Shown here piece by piece: positions 32,152-42,600 of a stretch of DNA of 64,000 nucleotides. The stretch is from an uncultured Flavobacteriales bacterium (GTDB taxonomy: Bacteria; Bacteroidota; Bacteroidia; Flavobacteriales_D; Parvicellaceae). The first letter of the stretch is position 1. Every line of letters starts with the position of its first letter. The stretch is taken from positions 48,182-112,181 of the forward strand of contig CALJHN010000006.1 of assembly GCA_938075455.1 (NCBI GenBank), read 5' to 3'. The notes beneath the pieces were generated by a model. That model was not told where the DNA came from and ran no database searches. It saw nothing but the letters and a program-made list of their open reading frames with translations. The position numbers were made by a program, and so were the translations under genes.

Positions 32152-33483
32152 TTAAAGGGATTGACTCATTGTCACTGCTGACGATGTAGATCTACCCTTA
32201 ATTCTTCCACCTTTAATTAGACCATCATAATGTCTATTTAATAAGTGGCTTTCAATTTGTTGAAGTGTATCTAGTACAACTCCAACCATAATAAGTAAAG
32301 ATGTTCCTCCAAAGAAGTACGCAAAACCTTGTTGAACACCAAAATTCATTGCAAAAGCAGGAAGTATAGCTATAATCCCAAGGAAAATTGATCCTGGAAA
32401 AACTAGTCTAGAAATAAGTCCCTCAATAAAATCAGCTGTTTTCTTTCCGGGTTTAACTCCAGGTATAAAGGAACCGTTTCGTTTAAGTTCATCAGCCATT
32501 TGATTGGGGTTCATCATTATAGCTGTATAGAAATAGGTAAAGATTACTATCATAAGGAAGAATACAGCATTGTACCAAAAACCTTGAATATTTGAGAATG
32601 TGGCTCCAAAAGAACTATTTTGAAAAATTAAGGAAGGTAAGAACATTAGAGCTTGAGCAAAAATAATGGGCATTACTCCAGCTTGATTAATTTTAAGGGG
32701 GATATAACTTCTTTGACCACCTGCTAACGCTTGTTTAGATCCTCTACCAATAACTCTTTTAGCTGTATGGACCGGAATTCTTCTTGTCCCTTGTACTAAT
32801 AAAATCGTGATAAGAATTACCATGAGAAGAACCACTAATTCAACAAGTAAAATTACAAGACCACCATCGTAAATCTTTGCCCCTAATTCTTGAAAGAATG
32901 CCCCGGGTAAACCTGCAATAATTCCAATTGTAATTATCAAAGAAATACCATTGCCAATTCCTCTGTCAGTAATTCTTTCACCAAGCCATGTAACAAACAT
33001 AGTTCCTGCGGTAAGAATTGCTGTAACTTGAAACCACCACAAGAAAGAATCATTCAATCTTGCTTCAGCAGGTACATAAGCACCCATATAACTTGGAGCT
33101 TGGAATAAACAGATAGCAATTGTTAAAAGCCTTGTATATTGATTAATCTTCTTTCTCCCACTCTCTCCTTCTCTTTGAAGGCGTTGAAAAGTAGGAACAG
33201 CCATACCCAATAACTGCATAACAATAGATGCTGAAATGTAAGGCATAATTCCAAGAGCCATTATAGACGCTCTTGAAAATGCACCACCAGCGAACATGTT
33301 AATTAAATTTAGAATACTATTATCTCCAGAAGCGGAAGATGCTAATCTATCGGCATCAATTCCAGGGAGGACAATAAAAGAACCAATTCTGTAGACCAAA
33401 ACTAAACCAAGTGTATATAAAATACGCTTTTTCAGTTCTTCAACAGCCCAGATTTCCTTTAAAGTTTTAATTAGATTTTTCAT
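32152..33483 (-). CDS. secY: Preprotein translocase subunit SecY
   Basis: 443 aa, 10 TM pattern, GIMPYISASI, position after rplO. Confidence 0.97.
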   Translation of the reverse strand: MKNLIKTLKEIWAVEELKKRILYTLGLVLVYRIGSFIVLPGIDADRLASSASGDNSILNLINMFAGGAFSRASIMALGIMPYISASIVMQLLGMAVPTFQRLQREGESGRKKINQYTRLLTIAICLFQAPSYMGAYVPAEARLNDSFLWWFQVTAILTAGTMFVTWLGERITDRGIGNGISLIITIGIIAGLPGAFFQELGAKIYDGGLVILLVELVVLLMVILITILLVQGTRRIPVHTAKRVIGRGSKQALAGGQRSYIPLKINQAGVMPIIFAQALMFLPSLIFQNSSFGATFSNIQGFWYNAVFFLMIVIFTYFYTAIMMNPNQMADELKRNGSFIPGVKPGKKTADFIEGLISRLVFPGSIFLGIIAILPAFAMNFGVQQGFAYFFGGTSLLIMVGVVLDTLQQIESHLLNRHYDGLIKGGRIKGRSTSSAVTMSQSL

Positions 33484-33950
33484 TCAACTTTTTCTTTCTT
33501 TTGTTCTATTAAATCAGCTTTTCCACCTAAATCCTCTATAGTAGATTTTGCTTTTGCTGAAAAACCATGAGCAGTGATATTTACTTTGGCTTTTAGCTCT
33601 CCTCTACCAAGGATTTTAATTAAATCTTTTTTATTAGCAAGACCATTCTCAACAATTGTTTCTGGTGTGATAATCTTTAACTTGTGTTTTTCAATGATTA
33701 CTTGAAGAGTATCTAAATTTATTCCCTTGTATTCAACACGATTAATGTTCTTAAAACCATACTTAGGAACTCTTCGTTGTAAAGGCATTTGTCCACCCTC
33801 GAATCCAATTTTAGATTTATATCCAGATCTTGACTTGGCACCTTTGTGTCCTCTTGTTGAAGTACCACCATGTCCAGAACCTTGACCTCTACCTACTCTT
33901 TTCTTAGCTTTTGTTGATCCCTCTGCAGGTTTTAAAGTATGTAATTTCAT
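33480..33950 (-). CDS. rplO: 50S ribosomal protein L15
   Basis: MKLHTLKPAEGSTKAKKRVGRGQGSGHGGTSTRGHKG... Confidence 0.96.
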   Translation of the reverse strand: MKLHTLKPAEGSTKAKKRVGRGQGSGHGGTSTRGHKGAKSRSGYKSKIGFEGGQMPLQRRVPKYGFKNINRVEYKGINLDTLQVIIEKHKLKIITPETIVENGLANKKDLIKILGRGELKAKVNITAHGFSAKAKSTIEDLGGKADLIEQKKEKVE

Positions 33951-33960
33951 AATTTCTTAG

Positions 33961-34137
33961 TTATTTAACGATTTTAACCATATGTTCAACTTTCTTTACC
34001 ATACCTAAAATTTGTGGAGTGGCTTCATGCTCAACAGTTCTATTTAGCTTACCCAAACCCAGGGCCTGGAGTGTTAACTTCTGTCTTTGTGGTCTATTAA
34101 TTGCACTTTTTACTTGTGTTACTTTAATCTTTGCCAT
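33961..34137 (-). CDS. rpmD: 50S ribosomal protein L30
   Basis: Not in ORF track (58 aa). My translation: MAKIKVTQVKSAINRPQRQKLTLQALGLGKLNRTVEHEATPQILGMVKKVEHMVKIVK; between rpsE and rplO. Confidence 0.92.
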   Translation of the reverse strand: MAKIKVTQVKSAINRPQRQKLTLQALGLGKLNRTVEHEATPQILGMVKKVEHMVKIVK

Positions 34138-34148
34138 TTTGAAATTCC

Positions 34149-34664
34149 TTATCCGTTAAAAACTTTTTCCAAACTCACACCTCTTTGATGTGCAACACTA
34201 TTTGCATCTCTTAATGATAATAAAGCTTTAATTGTAGCCTTAACAACATTATGGGGATTTGAAGATCCTTGAGACTTGGCTAATACATTTTTAATACCAG
34301 CGCTTTCCAAAACAGCACGCATAGCACCACCAGCAATAACTCCGGTACCAGCAGAAGCAGGCTTTAAAAACACCTGAGCTCCGGAATATTTTGATTTAAT
34401 TGTATGTGGTAATGTATCATTTATCACAGCAACTCTTCGTAAATTCTTTTTTGCCTCCTCAACAGCTTTTGAAATTGCTTCCGTTACTTCGTTAGCCTTA
34501 CCAAGCCCATGACCAACTATACTTTGTTCGTCACCAACAACTACAATAGCTGAAAAACTGAAGTGTCTACCACCTTTAGTAACTTTAGTAACTCTATTAA
34601 TAGCAACTAATCTATCTTTTAATTCAACGTCTGTTGCTCTTACTGATTTCTCTGATTCAATCAT
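34149..34664 (-). CDS. rpsE: 30S ribosomal protein S5
   Basis: [26 protein letters not shown]... S5 dsRBD and C-terminal domain. Confidence 0.97.
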   Translation of the reverse strand: MIESEKSVRATDVELKDRLVAINRVTKVTKGGRHFSFSAIVVVGDEQSIVGHGLGKANEVTEAISKAVEEAKKNLRRVAVINDTLPHTIKSKYSGAQVFLKPASAGTGVIAGGAMRAVLESAGIKNVLAKSQGSSNPHNVVKATIKALLSLRDANSVAHQRGVSLEKVFNG

Positions 34665-34673
34665 ACTTCTTTT

Positions 34674-35027
34674 TTAAAATTTTAATCCGTTTTCTCTAGC
34701 AGACTCAGCCAAAGCTTTTACTCTGCCATGGTATAAATATCCGTTTCTGTCAAAAACCACTTCTTTAATACCTGCTTTTGAAGCATTTTCAGCAATCTCT
34801 TTTCCAATTAGTTTTGCTTGGTCAGTTTTGTTAACCTTTTGAGTACTGTCCTTAACATGTGATGAAGCTGAAGTTATAGTAACTCCCTTTACATCATCAA
34901 TAACTTGAGCATATATTTGCTTATTACTTCTAAAAACACTTAATCTAGGTCTTGTAGATGTTCCAGAAATATTCTTACGAATTCTTCTTTTAATCCTCGC
35001 TCTTCTATTTGATTTTAAATTACTCAT
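34674..35027 (-). CDS. rplR: 50S ribosomal protein L18
   Basis: [20 protein letters not shown]...[25 protein letters not shown]. Confidence 0.97.
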   Translation of the reverse strand: MSNLKSNRRARIKRRIRKNISGTSTRPRLSVFRSNKQIYAQVIDDVKGVTITSASSHVKDSTQKVNKTDQAKLIGKEIAENASKAGIKEVVFDRNGYLYHGRVKALAESARENGLKF

Positions 35028-35039
35028 TTCTTAATTAAA

Positions 35040-35594
35040 TTATTTTGCTGCCGTTTTACCTGCTTTTCTTCTAATTACTTCTCCTTTGAATAATACGCCT
35101 TTTCCTTTATAAGGTTCTGGTTTTCTGAAAGATCTTATTTTGGCTGCAACTTGACCTATTAATTGTTTATCAAATGATTCCAATTTAATGAGTGGATTTT
35201 TTCCTTTTTCAGTAGTTGCAGTCAACTTTACCTCTTGGGGAAGTTGAAAGATTATTGGATGTGAATAACCCAATGATAATTCTAAATTTTGTCCCTGTGC
35301 TTTGGCTCTGTATCCAACACCTACTAATTCTTGCTCAACCACATAACCTTCTGATACTCCAAAAATCATATTAAATAATAATGATCGGTATAAACCGTGA
35401 AGTGATCTTGTCTCTTTTTCATCATTTGGTCTTGAAAGAGTGATTGTATTATTTTCCAATACAATTTTAATCAAAGGATTAACCTCCTGCGTAAGTTCTC
35501 CTAATTTACCTTTTACATGAACCTGATTTTCAGGTGAAATATTTATTTCAACTCCCTCTGGTACTGTAATTGGCGCGTTTCCTATTCTTGACAT
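35040..35594 (-). CDS. rplF: 50S ribosomal protein L6
   Basis: MSRIGNAPITVPEGVEI..., PEPYKGKGV. Confidence 0.97.
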   Translation of the reverse strand: MSRIGNAPITVPEGVEINISPENQVHVKGKLGELTQEVNPLIKIVLENNTITLSRPNDEKETRSLHGLYRSLLFNMIFGVSEGYVVEQELVGVGYRAKAQGQNLELSLGYSHPIIFQLPQEVKLTATTEKGKNPLIKLESFDKQLIGQVAAKIRSFRKPEPYKGKGVLFKGEVIRRKAGKTAAK

Positions 35595-35604
35595 TTCTTA
35601 AAAT

Positions 35605-36003
35605 TTAGTCAACGTAGCAAAGGATTTCTCCCCCTACATTATATTTTCTCGCTTCTTTATCTGTTATTAATCCCTTAGAAGTGGATATTATTGCAATACC
35701 CAATCCATTCAAAACTCTTGGCATAGAATCAACTCCGGTATACTTTCTTAGACCTGGCTTACTAATTCTAGTTAAATTCCTAATAGCAGAATCTTTAGTT
35801 TTGTTATTATATTTCAAAGCAATTTTAATAATTCCCTGCTTTTTATCTTTAATTTCTTTAAAATTTAAGATATATCCCTGATCCATTAGAATCTGAGTAA
35901 TTGCTTTCTTAACATTAGATCCAGGAATTTCAACCACTTTATGCTTAGCACTTATGGCATTTCTTAATCTTGTTAAATAATCTGATATAGCATCTGTTAC
36001 CAT
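35605..36003 (-). CDS. rpsH: 30S ribosomal protein S8
   Basis: [13 protein letters not shown]...GGEILCYV. Confidence 0.97.
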   Translation of the reverse strand: MVTDAISDYLTRLRNAISAKHKVVEIPGSNVKKAITQILMDQGYILNFKEIKDKKQGIIKIALKYNNKTKDSAIRNLTRISKPGLRKYTGVDSMPRVLNGLGIAIISTSKGLITDKEARKYNVGGEILCYVD

Positions 36004-36024
36004 TCTCTTTTTTTTAATTGTTAT

Positions 36025-36312
36025 TTACCAGCTTGCTTTTGTTATACCTGGTATTTTACCAGCTACTGCCATCTCTCTAAAAGTAACTCTAGAAATTCCA
36101 AACTGTCTCATGTAACCTCTTGGTCTTCCTGTTAATTGACACCTGTTGTGTTTTCTAACACCCATTGAATTCTTTGGAAGTTTCTGAAGTTTGAACATTG
36201 CTTCCCAATCGCCTTCGCTTTGAGCTTTTCTTAAAACTTTTCTTCTTTCACTGTGCTGAGCGGCAAGTTTTTCTCTTTTTCGCTCTTTAGCTTTCATTGA
36301 TTCTTTAGCCAT
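36025..36312 (-). CDS. rpsN: 30S ribosomal protein S14 (long, non-zinc C- form)
   Basis: 95 aa; [25 protein letters not shown]...ASW; only one Cys, no CxxC pairs. Confidence 0.96.
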   Translation of the reverse strand: MAKESMKAKERKREKLAAQHSERRKVLRKAQSEGDWEAMFKLQKLPKNSMGVRKHNRCQLTGRPRGYMRQFGISRVTFREMAVAGKIPGITKASW

Positions 36313-36324
36313 AATCTTTATTCT

Positions 36325-36873
36325 TTATTTTTTTTCAAATGGAAATCCAAACTCTACCAACAATGCTTTACCCTCTTCCGTAGTATTTGCAGAAGTAACG
36401 ATGGTAATATCCATTCCTAATATTTTTTTAACCTTGTCAATATCTATTTCTGGGAAAATAATACTTTCTTTTACTCCAATAGTAAAATTTCCTCTACCAT
36501 CTCCATTGGATTTTACTCCTCTGAAATCTCTTGTTCTAGGTAAAGCAACTGATATAAGTCTATCTAAAAACTCATACATCTTATCTTTTCTTAAAGTAAC
36601 TTTAGTCCCAATTGGCATTCCTTTTCTTAACTTGAAATTAGAAACATCTTTTTTAGAATTAACAATAAGCGCCTTTTGACCAGCAATTTCAGTAAGATCA
36701 TTAACCGCATTTTCAATTAATTTTCTATCTGAAACTGCTTCACCAACACCTTGGCTTATTACAATCTTTTCTACTTTAGGAACTTCCATTAAAGACTTAT
36801 ATTGAAACTTCTCTTTCATCACAGGAACTATTTCGTTCGTGTATTTGTCCTTTAGTCTTGGTGTGTAACTCAT
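36325..36873 (-). CDS. rplE: 50S ribosomal protein L5
   Basis: [13 protein letters not shown]...[15 protein letters not shown]. Confidence 0.97.
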   Translation of the reverse strand: MSYTPRLKDKYTNEIVPVMKEKFQYKSLMEVPKVEKIVISQGVGEAVSDRKLIENAVNDLTEIAGQKALIVNSKKDVSNFKLRKGMPIGTKVTLRKDKMYEFLDRLISVALPRTRDFRGVKSNGDGRGNFTIGVKESIIFPEIDIDKVKKILGMDITIVTSANTTEEGKALLVEFGFPFEKK

Positions 36874-37196
36874 ACTATTTCCTCCCCTGTTTTTCTTGAA
36901 AACCTAACGAGTTTATTATTTTCATCCATTTTTCTGCCAATCTTTGTAGTTTCCCCATTGTGAACAAACATTACATTCGAGATATGAATACTTCTATCCT
37001 TTTCAAGAATTCCTCCATCTGGATTGGCTTTATCTGTTTGAGGCTTTACATGTTTCTTATTTACTACTGTAAGACCTTCAATAAAAACTCTTTGTTTTAC
37101 GTAATCTACATTAAGGATAACTCCCTGCTGTCCAAGGGCAGCACCAGCAATTACCTTAACTGTATCCCCTTTTTTTATTTTAAATTTCTTTTGCAT
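36870..37196 (-). CDS. rplX: 50S ribosomal protein L24
   Basis: [25 protein letters not shown] motif. Confidence 0.96.
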   Translation of the reverse strand: MQKKFKIKKGDTVKVIAGAALGQQGVILNVDYVKQRVFIEGLTVVNKKHVKPQTDKANPDGGILEKDRSIHISNVMFVHNGETTKIGRKMDENNKLVRFSRKTGEEIV

Positions 37197-37206
37197 TACT
37201 ATTTTA

Positions 37207-37575
37207 TTACAATACTTCAGGTGCCAAAGACACTATTTTCATAAATTGTTTTTCTCTTAATTCTCTTGCTACTGGGCCAAAAATCCTTGTTCCTCTCATT
37301 TCACCAGTATCACTCAACAAAACAACCGCATTGTTGTCAAATCTTATGTAAGACCCATCGCTTCTTCTAACCTCTTTTTTGGTTCTAACAACTACCGCTC
37401 TAGAAACTTGTCCTTTTTTGATACTTCCTGCAGGTGTAGCATCTTTAACAGTAATTACTACTTGATCACCAATTGAAGCATATCTTCTTTTTGTTCCACC
37501 AAGGACTCTTATGACTAAAACCTCTTTAGCTCCACTGTTATCAGCAACCAATAATCTACTTTCTTGTTGTACCAT
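37207..37575 (-). CDS. rplN: 50S ribosomal protein L14
   Basis: [27 protein letters not shown]... Confidence 0.98.
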   Translation of the reverse strand: MVQQESRLLVADNSGAKEVLVIRVLGGTKRRYASIGDQVVITVKDATPAGSIKKGQVSRAVVVRTKKEVRRSDGSYIRFDNNAVVLLSDTGEMRGTRIFGPVARELREKQFMKIVSLAPEVL

Positions 37576-37581
37576 TTTTAA

Positions 37582-37833
37582 TTATTTAGCTTTTTCAAGT
37601 ATTTCTATTAATCTCCAATTCTTTCTCTTACTTAATGGTCTGGTTTCCATTATTTTGACAGTATCACCCTCGTTACATTCATTTTTTTCATCATGAGCTA
37701 CGAATGAGGAACTTTTTTTAACAAACTTGCCATACTTAGGGTGCTTTTCTCTTCGTTCAACCATAACAACAATAGACTTGTCCATTTTTGAACTTGTTAC
37801 TAACCCTACTCTTTCTTTTCTTAAATTTCTCAT
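37582..37833 (-). CDS. rpsQ: 30S ribosomal protein S17
   Basis: [19 protein letters not shown]...HPKYGKF...HDE.N.C..GD.V.I.ETRPLSK. Confidence 0.96.
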   Translation of the reverse strand: MRNLRKERVGLVTSSKMDKSIVVMVERREKHPKYGKFVKKSSSFVAHDEKNECNEGDTVKIMETRPLSKRKNWRLIEILEKAK

Positions 37834-37838
37834 ATCAA

Positions 37839-38054
37839 TTAGTTGGTACTTTGTTGTAATTCTCTTTTTTTGATTTCTGTATGAATTCTAGATACATTTC
37901 TTCTTACACTTCTTATTTCAAGAGGATTTTCTAATTCTGCAGTTTTATGATTCATCTTTAGCTTATTTAACTCCCCTTGTGTATTGGTAAGCATTTCGTT
38001 AAGCTCCTCGATTGATAAACCATTTAATTTTATGTTAAATTCTTTACTTTTCAC
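37839..38054 (-). CDS. rpmC: 50S ribosomal protein L29
   Basis: 71 aa, GTG start; [10 protein letters not shown]...ELNKLKMNH...[14 protein letters not shown]. Confidence 0.9.
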   Translation of the reverse strand: MKSKEFNIKLNGLSIEELNEMLTNTQGELNKLKMNHKTAELENPLEIRSVRRNVSRIHTEIKKRELQQSTN

Positions 38055-38065
38055 CTTGAATACTT

Positions 38066-38485
38066 TTAAATTTCGTAATCGTTTCTTACAACAAACTTTG
38101 TTTTTAACGGGAGCTTCTGAGAAGCTAGTCTTAAAGCTTCTTTTGCAACTTCATAAGATACTCCATCAGTTTCAAATAAAACTCTACCAGGTCTTATAAC
38201 AGCTACCCAATGATCTAAAGCTCCTTTTCCTTTACCCATTCTGACCTCTGCAGGTTTATTGGTAATAGGTTTGTCTGGAAAAATTCTTATCCAAACCTGA
38301 CCTTCTCTTTTCATGTGCCTTGTTACAGCAATACGAGCGGCTTCAATTTGTCTAGATGTAAGAAAACCTTCGTCTAAAGATTTTATCCCAAATGATCCAA
38401 AAGCAATTTGGTGACCTCTTTGAGCATTGCCCTTGATTTTACCCTTTTGTTGCTTTCTATGTTTCGTCTTCTTAGGTTGTAACAT
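38066..38485 (-). CDS. rplP: 50S ribosomal protein L16
   Basis: [15 protein letters not shown]..., RMGKGKG. Confidence 0.98.
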   Translation of the reverse strand: MLQPKKTKHRKQQKGKIKGNAQRGHQIAFGSFGIKSLDEGFLTSRQIEAARIAVTRHMKREGQVWIRIFPDKPITNKPAEVRMGKGKGALDHWVAVIRPGRVLFETDGVSYEVAKEALRLASQKLPLKTKFVVRNDYEI

Positions 38486-38495
38486 AATATTCTAA

Positions 38496-39188
38496 TTATC
38501 TTTTTCTTTTATCGTTGTTTGATTTTCTACTACTCATTCCAAAGTTGGGAGATAAATCTCTTTTTCCATAAACTTCACCCTTACAAATCCAAACCTTTAT
38601 ACCAATTAAACCATAAGTTGTTAATGCTTCAGAAAGAGCATAGTCGACATCTGCTCGAAGTGTATGAAGAGGGATTCTACCATCTTTATACATCTCACTT
38701 CTTGCCATTTCTGCACCATTTAATCTTCCAGAAATTTTCACTTTAATACCTTCAGCTCCCATTCTCATAGTAGAAGCAATAGACATTTTTATAGCTCTTC
38801 TAAAGGAAATTCTTGCCTCAATTTGCCTAGCTATACTGTCTGCTACTAATTTTGCATCTAATTCAGGTCTCTTAATTTCAAAAATATTGATCTGAACCTC
38901 TTTAGAGGTTAGTTTTTTTAATTCTTCCTTAAGCTTATCAACTTCAGATCCTGCTTTTCCAATAATTACTCCTGGCCTTGCAGTATTAATAGTTATAGTA
39001 ATTAACTTTAAAGTTCGCTCAATGATAATTTTAGAGATACTGGCTTTCTGCAGTCTTACATTCAAGTACTTTCTAATTTTCTCATCTTCTACCAACTTAG
39101 CAGAATAATCTTTTCCTCCATACCAGTTGGAATCCCAACCTTTTATGAAACCTAATCTATTACCTATAGGGTTTGTTTTTTGTCCCAT
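38496..39188 (-). CDS. rpsC: 30S ribosomal protein S3
   Basis: [13 protein letters not shown]..., KH domain [12 protein letters not shown]. Confidence 0.98.
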   Translation of the reverse strand: MGQKTNPIGNRLGFIKGWDSNWYGGKDYSAKLVEDEKIRKYLNVRLQKASISKIIIERTLKLITITINTARPGVIIGKAGSEVDKLKEELKKLTSKEVQINIFEIKRPELDAKLVADSIARQIEARISFRRAIKMSIASTMRMGAEGIKVKISGRLNGAEMARSEMYKDGRIPLHTLRADVDYALSEALTTYGLIGIKVWICKGEVYGKRDLSPNFGMSSRKSNNDKRKR

Positions 39189-39197
39189 GCTTTATAT

Positions 39198-39590
39198 TTA
39201 AGCTTTATCAATTATTAATGTAACATGATTAGATCTTTTTCTAATCCTATGCGCTCTTCCCTGAGGAGCAGCTTGAATTCTTTTTAACATCCTAGCACTA
39301 TCTACATTGATACTTTTAACTACCAAATTTGCAGAAGTTGCATCTTCACCATCGTTCTTTTGCTCCCAGTTATTAATTGCCGACAAAAGAAGCTTTTCTA
39401 AATTTCTAGAAGCATGCTTTGTGCTAAATTTTAGAATATTTAAAGCCTTATAAACATCTTCACCACGAACTAAATCAGCAACTAATCTCATTTTTCTAGG
39501 AGATGTAGGACAACTGTTTAGCTTTGCTAAAGCTTGTGTTTTTCTCGACTCTTTTATTTTTTCTGAACTATTTCTTTTTCTTGCACCCAT
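39198..39590 (-). CDS. rplV: 50S ribosomal protein L22
   Basis: [14 protein letters not shown]...[14 protein letters not shown]. Confidence 0.96.
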   Translation of the reverse strand: MGARKRNSSEKIKESRKTQALAKLNSCPTSPRKMRLVADLVRGEDVYKALNILKFSTKHASRNLEKLLLSAINNWEQKNDGEDATSANLVVKSINVDSARMLKRIQAAPQGRAHRIRKRSNHVTLIIDKA

Positions 39591-39612
39591 ATCTAAGTTT
39601 TTAAAACTTTAA

Positions 39613-39879
39613 TTATTTTCTCTTCCCTCCGTGACCTCTAAAGTTTCTTGTTGGAGCAAATTCTCCTAATTTATGACCAACCATATTTTCTGTTACAAAT
39701 ACTGGAATAAATTTCATCCCATTGTAAACTGCAATAGTTAGATTAACAAAATCTGGTGTAATTGTTGAAGCTCTCGACCATGTTTTGATAACAGTTTTCT
39801 TAGAAGACTCTTTAGCTTCTTCAACTCTTTTCATTAATTTATAATGAACAAATGGCGGTTTTTTTAATGATCTAGACAT
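39613..39879 (-). CDS. rpsS: 30S ribosomal protein S19
   Basis: [11 protein letters not shown]...[16 protein letters not shown]. Confidence 0.98.
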   Translation of the reverse strand: MSRSLKKPPFVHYKLMKRVEEAKESSKKTVIKTWSRASTITPDFVNLTIAVYNGMKFIPVFVTENMVGHKLGEFAPTRNFRGHGGKRK

Positions 39880-39882
39880 TAT

Positions 39883-40707
39883 TTATTTCTTTTTTCTATC
39901 AATGATAAATCTATTAGAAGATTTAGTTTTACTTCTTGTTTTGTATCCTTTCGCTGGAAGACCTTTTCTTGATCTTGGATGACCTCCAGATGATTTTCCT
40001 TCTCCACCACCCATTGGATGATCAACAGGGTTCATTACTACACCTCTAACCCTAGGTCGTCTTCCTAACCATCTTTTTCTTCCGGCTTTGCCAGAGACTT
40101 GAAGACTGTTTTCGGAATTTGATACTGAACCAATTGTAGCAATGCAAGTAATTAAAACCATCCTTATTTCACCAGAAGGCAACTTAATAATTGCATATTT
40201 TCCATCTCTAGCATTTAACTGAGCAAAAGAACCTGCGCTTCTAGCAATAGCCCCACCTTTACCCGGTGTCATTTCAATATTATGAATAATAGTACCTAAT
40301 GGAATATCTTTGAGAAACATAGCATTACCCAATTCTGGGGATGCTTTTGAACCTGATAAAACATTTTGACCAACCTTTAACCCATCTGGAGCTAAAATAT
40401 ATCTTTTCTCCCCATCCGCATAAAATAGTAATGCAATTCTTGCAGAACGGTTAGGATCGTATTCTATAGAATGAACTTTTGCAGGGATATCGTATTTATT
40501 TCTTTTGAAATCGATAATTCTGTACTTTCTTTTATGGCCACCACCAATATATCTCATGGTCATTTTACCAGAGTTATTTCTACCACCACTTTTGCTAGAA
40601 CCTTTAGTTAAAGCCTTTTCTGGCTTACTAGCTGTTACTTCACTATAATCACTGACAACTTTGTGTCTTTGTCCTGGTGAAGTCGGTTTAAATTTTTTCA
40701 AGCTCAT
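39883..40707 (-). CDS. rplB: 50S ribosomal protein L2
   Basis: 274 aa; [23 protein letters not shown]. Confidence 0.98.
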   Translation of the reverse strand: MSLKKFKPTSPGQRHKVVSDYSEVTASKPEKALTKGSSKSGGRNNSGKMTMRYIGGGHKRKYRIIDFKRNKYDIPAKVHSIEYDPNRSARIALLFYADGEKRYILAPDGLKVGQNVLSGSKASPELGNAMFLKDIPLGTIIHNIEMTPGKGGAIARSAGSFAQLNARDGKYAIIKLPSGEIRMVLITCIATIGSVSNSENSLQVSGKAGRKRWLGRRPRVRGVVMNPVDHPMGGGEGKSSGGHPRSRKGLPAKGYKTRSKTKSSNRFIIDRKKK

Positions 40708-40726
40708 TTTAGTTCTTTTCTAATCT

Positions 40727-41023
40727 TTAAATATTTTCATATAAATCAATAGTATCTCCTTCGTGAAGGGTAACAATAGCTTTTTTAAACAATCTTGTTC
40801 TCTGGAAAGAAACACCTTGGTTTGTATACTTCATTTTCCTTTTACCACCACCCTGCTTCATAGTATTAACCGCTTTTACACTTACACTGTAAGCGCTCTC
40901 AACAGCTTTTTTAATCTGAATTTTGTTAGCGTCTGTTTTAACTTCGAAACCATAGCGATTAAGTTTCTCACCTAAATCAGCCATTTTTTCTGTTAATATG
41001 GGTTTTATAATAATATTTTCCAT
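40727..41023 (-). CDS. rplW: 50S ribosomal protein L23
   Basis: IIKPILTEK...FEV...ANKIQIKKAVE. Confidence 0.95.
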   Translation of the reverse strand: MENIIIKPILTEKMADLGEKLNRYGFEVKTDANKIQIKKAVESAYSVSVKAVNTMKQGGGKRKMKYTNQGVSFQRTRLFKKAIVTLHEGDTIDLYENI

Positions 41024-41025
41024 AA

Positions 41026-41655
41026 TTATACCTTAAATAGTTTTTCAATTTGAACAAAAGCATTTTCTGAAATAATCAGCTTGTGCGAATAAAGAATATC
41101 GTATGTATTAAGTTTATCAGCAGTTATAACTTTAGCATTTTTTAAATTTCTGGAAGACAAGAGAGTATTTTGATCTTTCTCATTTGTAACGAAAAGAGAT
41201 TTATCACCATCTATTTTTAAGTTTTTAAGAACAGAAATAAAATCTTTTGTTTTAGGTGTTTTAAAAGATAAATTGTCTAAAACAAGTATACTATCTTCTT
41301 TAGCCTTGTAAGTAAGTGCAGATTTTCTAGCAAGAACTTTTAATTTTTTATTAAGTTTAAAGCCATGTGATTTTGGTCTTGGACCAAAAACACGACCACC
41401 TCCTCTGAATAAAGGGTTTTTAATCGACCCTGCTCTAGCAGTACCAGTACCTTTTTGCTTTTTTATTTTTCTTGTACTTCCTGCAATATCTGCCCTCTCT
41501 CTAGATTGATGAGTACCTTGTCTTTGGTTTGCTAGATATTGCTTTACATCCAAATATATAGCATGATCATTAGGCTCAATAGCAAAAATTTCTTTTGTTA
41601 ATGAAACTTTTTTAGCAGTTGCTTTACCTTCTTTATTTAAAACTTTAATCTCCAT
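41026..41655 (-). CDS. rplD: 50S ribosomal protein L4
   Basis: KKQKGTGTARAGSIKNPLFRGGGRVFGP. Confidence 0.97.
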   Translation of the reverse strand: MEIKVLNKEGKATAKKVSLTKEIFAIEPNDHAIYLDVKQYLANQRQGTHQSRERADIAGSTRKIKKQKGTGTARAGSIKNPLFRGGGRVFGPRPKSHGFKLNKKLKVLARKSALTYKAKEDSILVLDNLSFKTPKTKDFISVLKNLKIDGDKSLFVTNEKDQNTLLSSRNLKNAKVITADKLNTYDILYSHKLIISENAFVQIEKLFKV

Positions 41656-42269
41656 TATTTCTCAACTATTAAATAAGATCCTTTAGAACCGGGAACTGAT
41701 CCTTTTACAATTAATAAATTCTTCTCTGGAACTATCTTTAGAACTTCAAGGTTGATAGATTTTACTCTATCTCCGCCCATTCGTCCACCCATTTTCATAC
41801 CCTTAAAAACTCTTGCAGGATATGAAGCAGCACCAATAGAACCAGGAGCTCTCATCCTGTTGTGCTGTCCATGGGTTGCTTGTCCAACTCCACCAAAATT
41901 GTGTCTTTTAACAACTCCTTGAAAACCTTTTCCTTTAGAGGTTCCAACAACATCTACGAATTCGCCTTCCTGAAATTGATCGACAGTAACAGAATCTCCA
42001 AGATTCACTTCGTTTAAACCTTTAAACTCAACTATTTTTCTTTTAGGAGTGGTTTTCGCTTTGCTAAAGTGACCAAGCATAGCCTTAGGAGTATTTTTCT
42101 CTTTTTTATTTTCAAAACCTAATTGGACAGATTCATATCCATCCTTTTCTTGCGTTTTTATTTGAGTCACGACACATGGTCCTGCCTCAATTATTGTGCA
42201 TGGTAAGTTTATACCCTCGGCACTGTAAACGCTAGTCATCCCTATTTTTTTTCCTATGATACCAGCCAT
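41655..42269 (-). CDS. rplC: 50S ribosomal protein L3
   Basis: [12 protein letters not shown]..., [15 protein letters not shown]. Confidence 0.98.
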   Translation of the reverse strand: MAGIIGKKIGMTSVYSAEGINLPCTIIEAGPCVVTQIKTQEKDGYESVQLGFENKKEKNTPKAMLGHFSKAKTTPKRKIVEFKGLNEVNLGDSVTVDQFQEGEFVDVVGTSKGKGFQGVVKRHNFGGVGQATHGQHNRMRAPGSIGAASYPARVFKGMKMGGRMGGDRVKSINLEVLKIVPEKNLLIVKGSVPGSKGSYLIVEK

Positions 42270-42283
42270 CTTGATATTTATGT

Positions 42284-42589
42284 TTATACTTTAATTTCTA
42301 CATCAACTCCACTAGGAAGTTCTAATTTCATTAGTGCATCTATAGTTTTTGAAGAAGAACTATAGATATCCATTAATCTTTTATAAGCACAAAGCTGAAA
42401 TTGCTCTCTCGATTTTTTATTAACGTGAGGCGATCTCAAAACTGTGTAAATTCTTTTATGAGTTGGAAGTGGAATTGGTCCACTAACAATTGCACCAGTT
42501 GTCTTAACTGTCTTAACAATTTTCTCAGCGGATTTATCTACTAAGTTGTGATCGTATGATTTTAATTTTATTCTTATTTTTTGACTCAT
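42284..42589 (-). CDS. rpsJ: 30S ribosomal protein S10
   Basis: [18 protein letters not shown]...GPIPLPT...[13 protein letters not shown]. Confidence 0.98.
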   Translation of the reverse strand: MSQKIRIKLKSYDHNLVDKSAEKIVKTVKTTGAIVSGPIPLPTHKRIYTVLRSPHVNKKSREQFQLCAYKRLMDIYSSSSKTIDALMKLELPSGVDVEIKV

Positions 42590-42600
42590 AATGATTTTTG

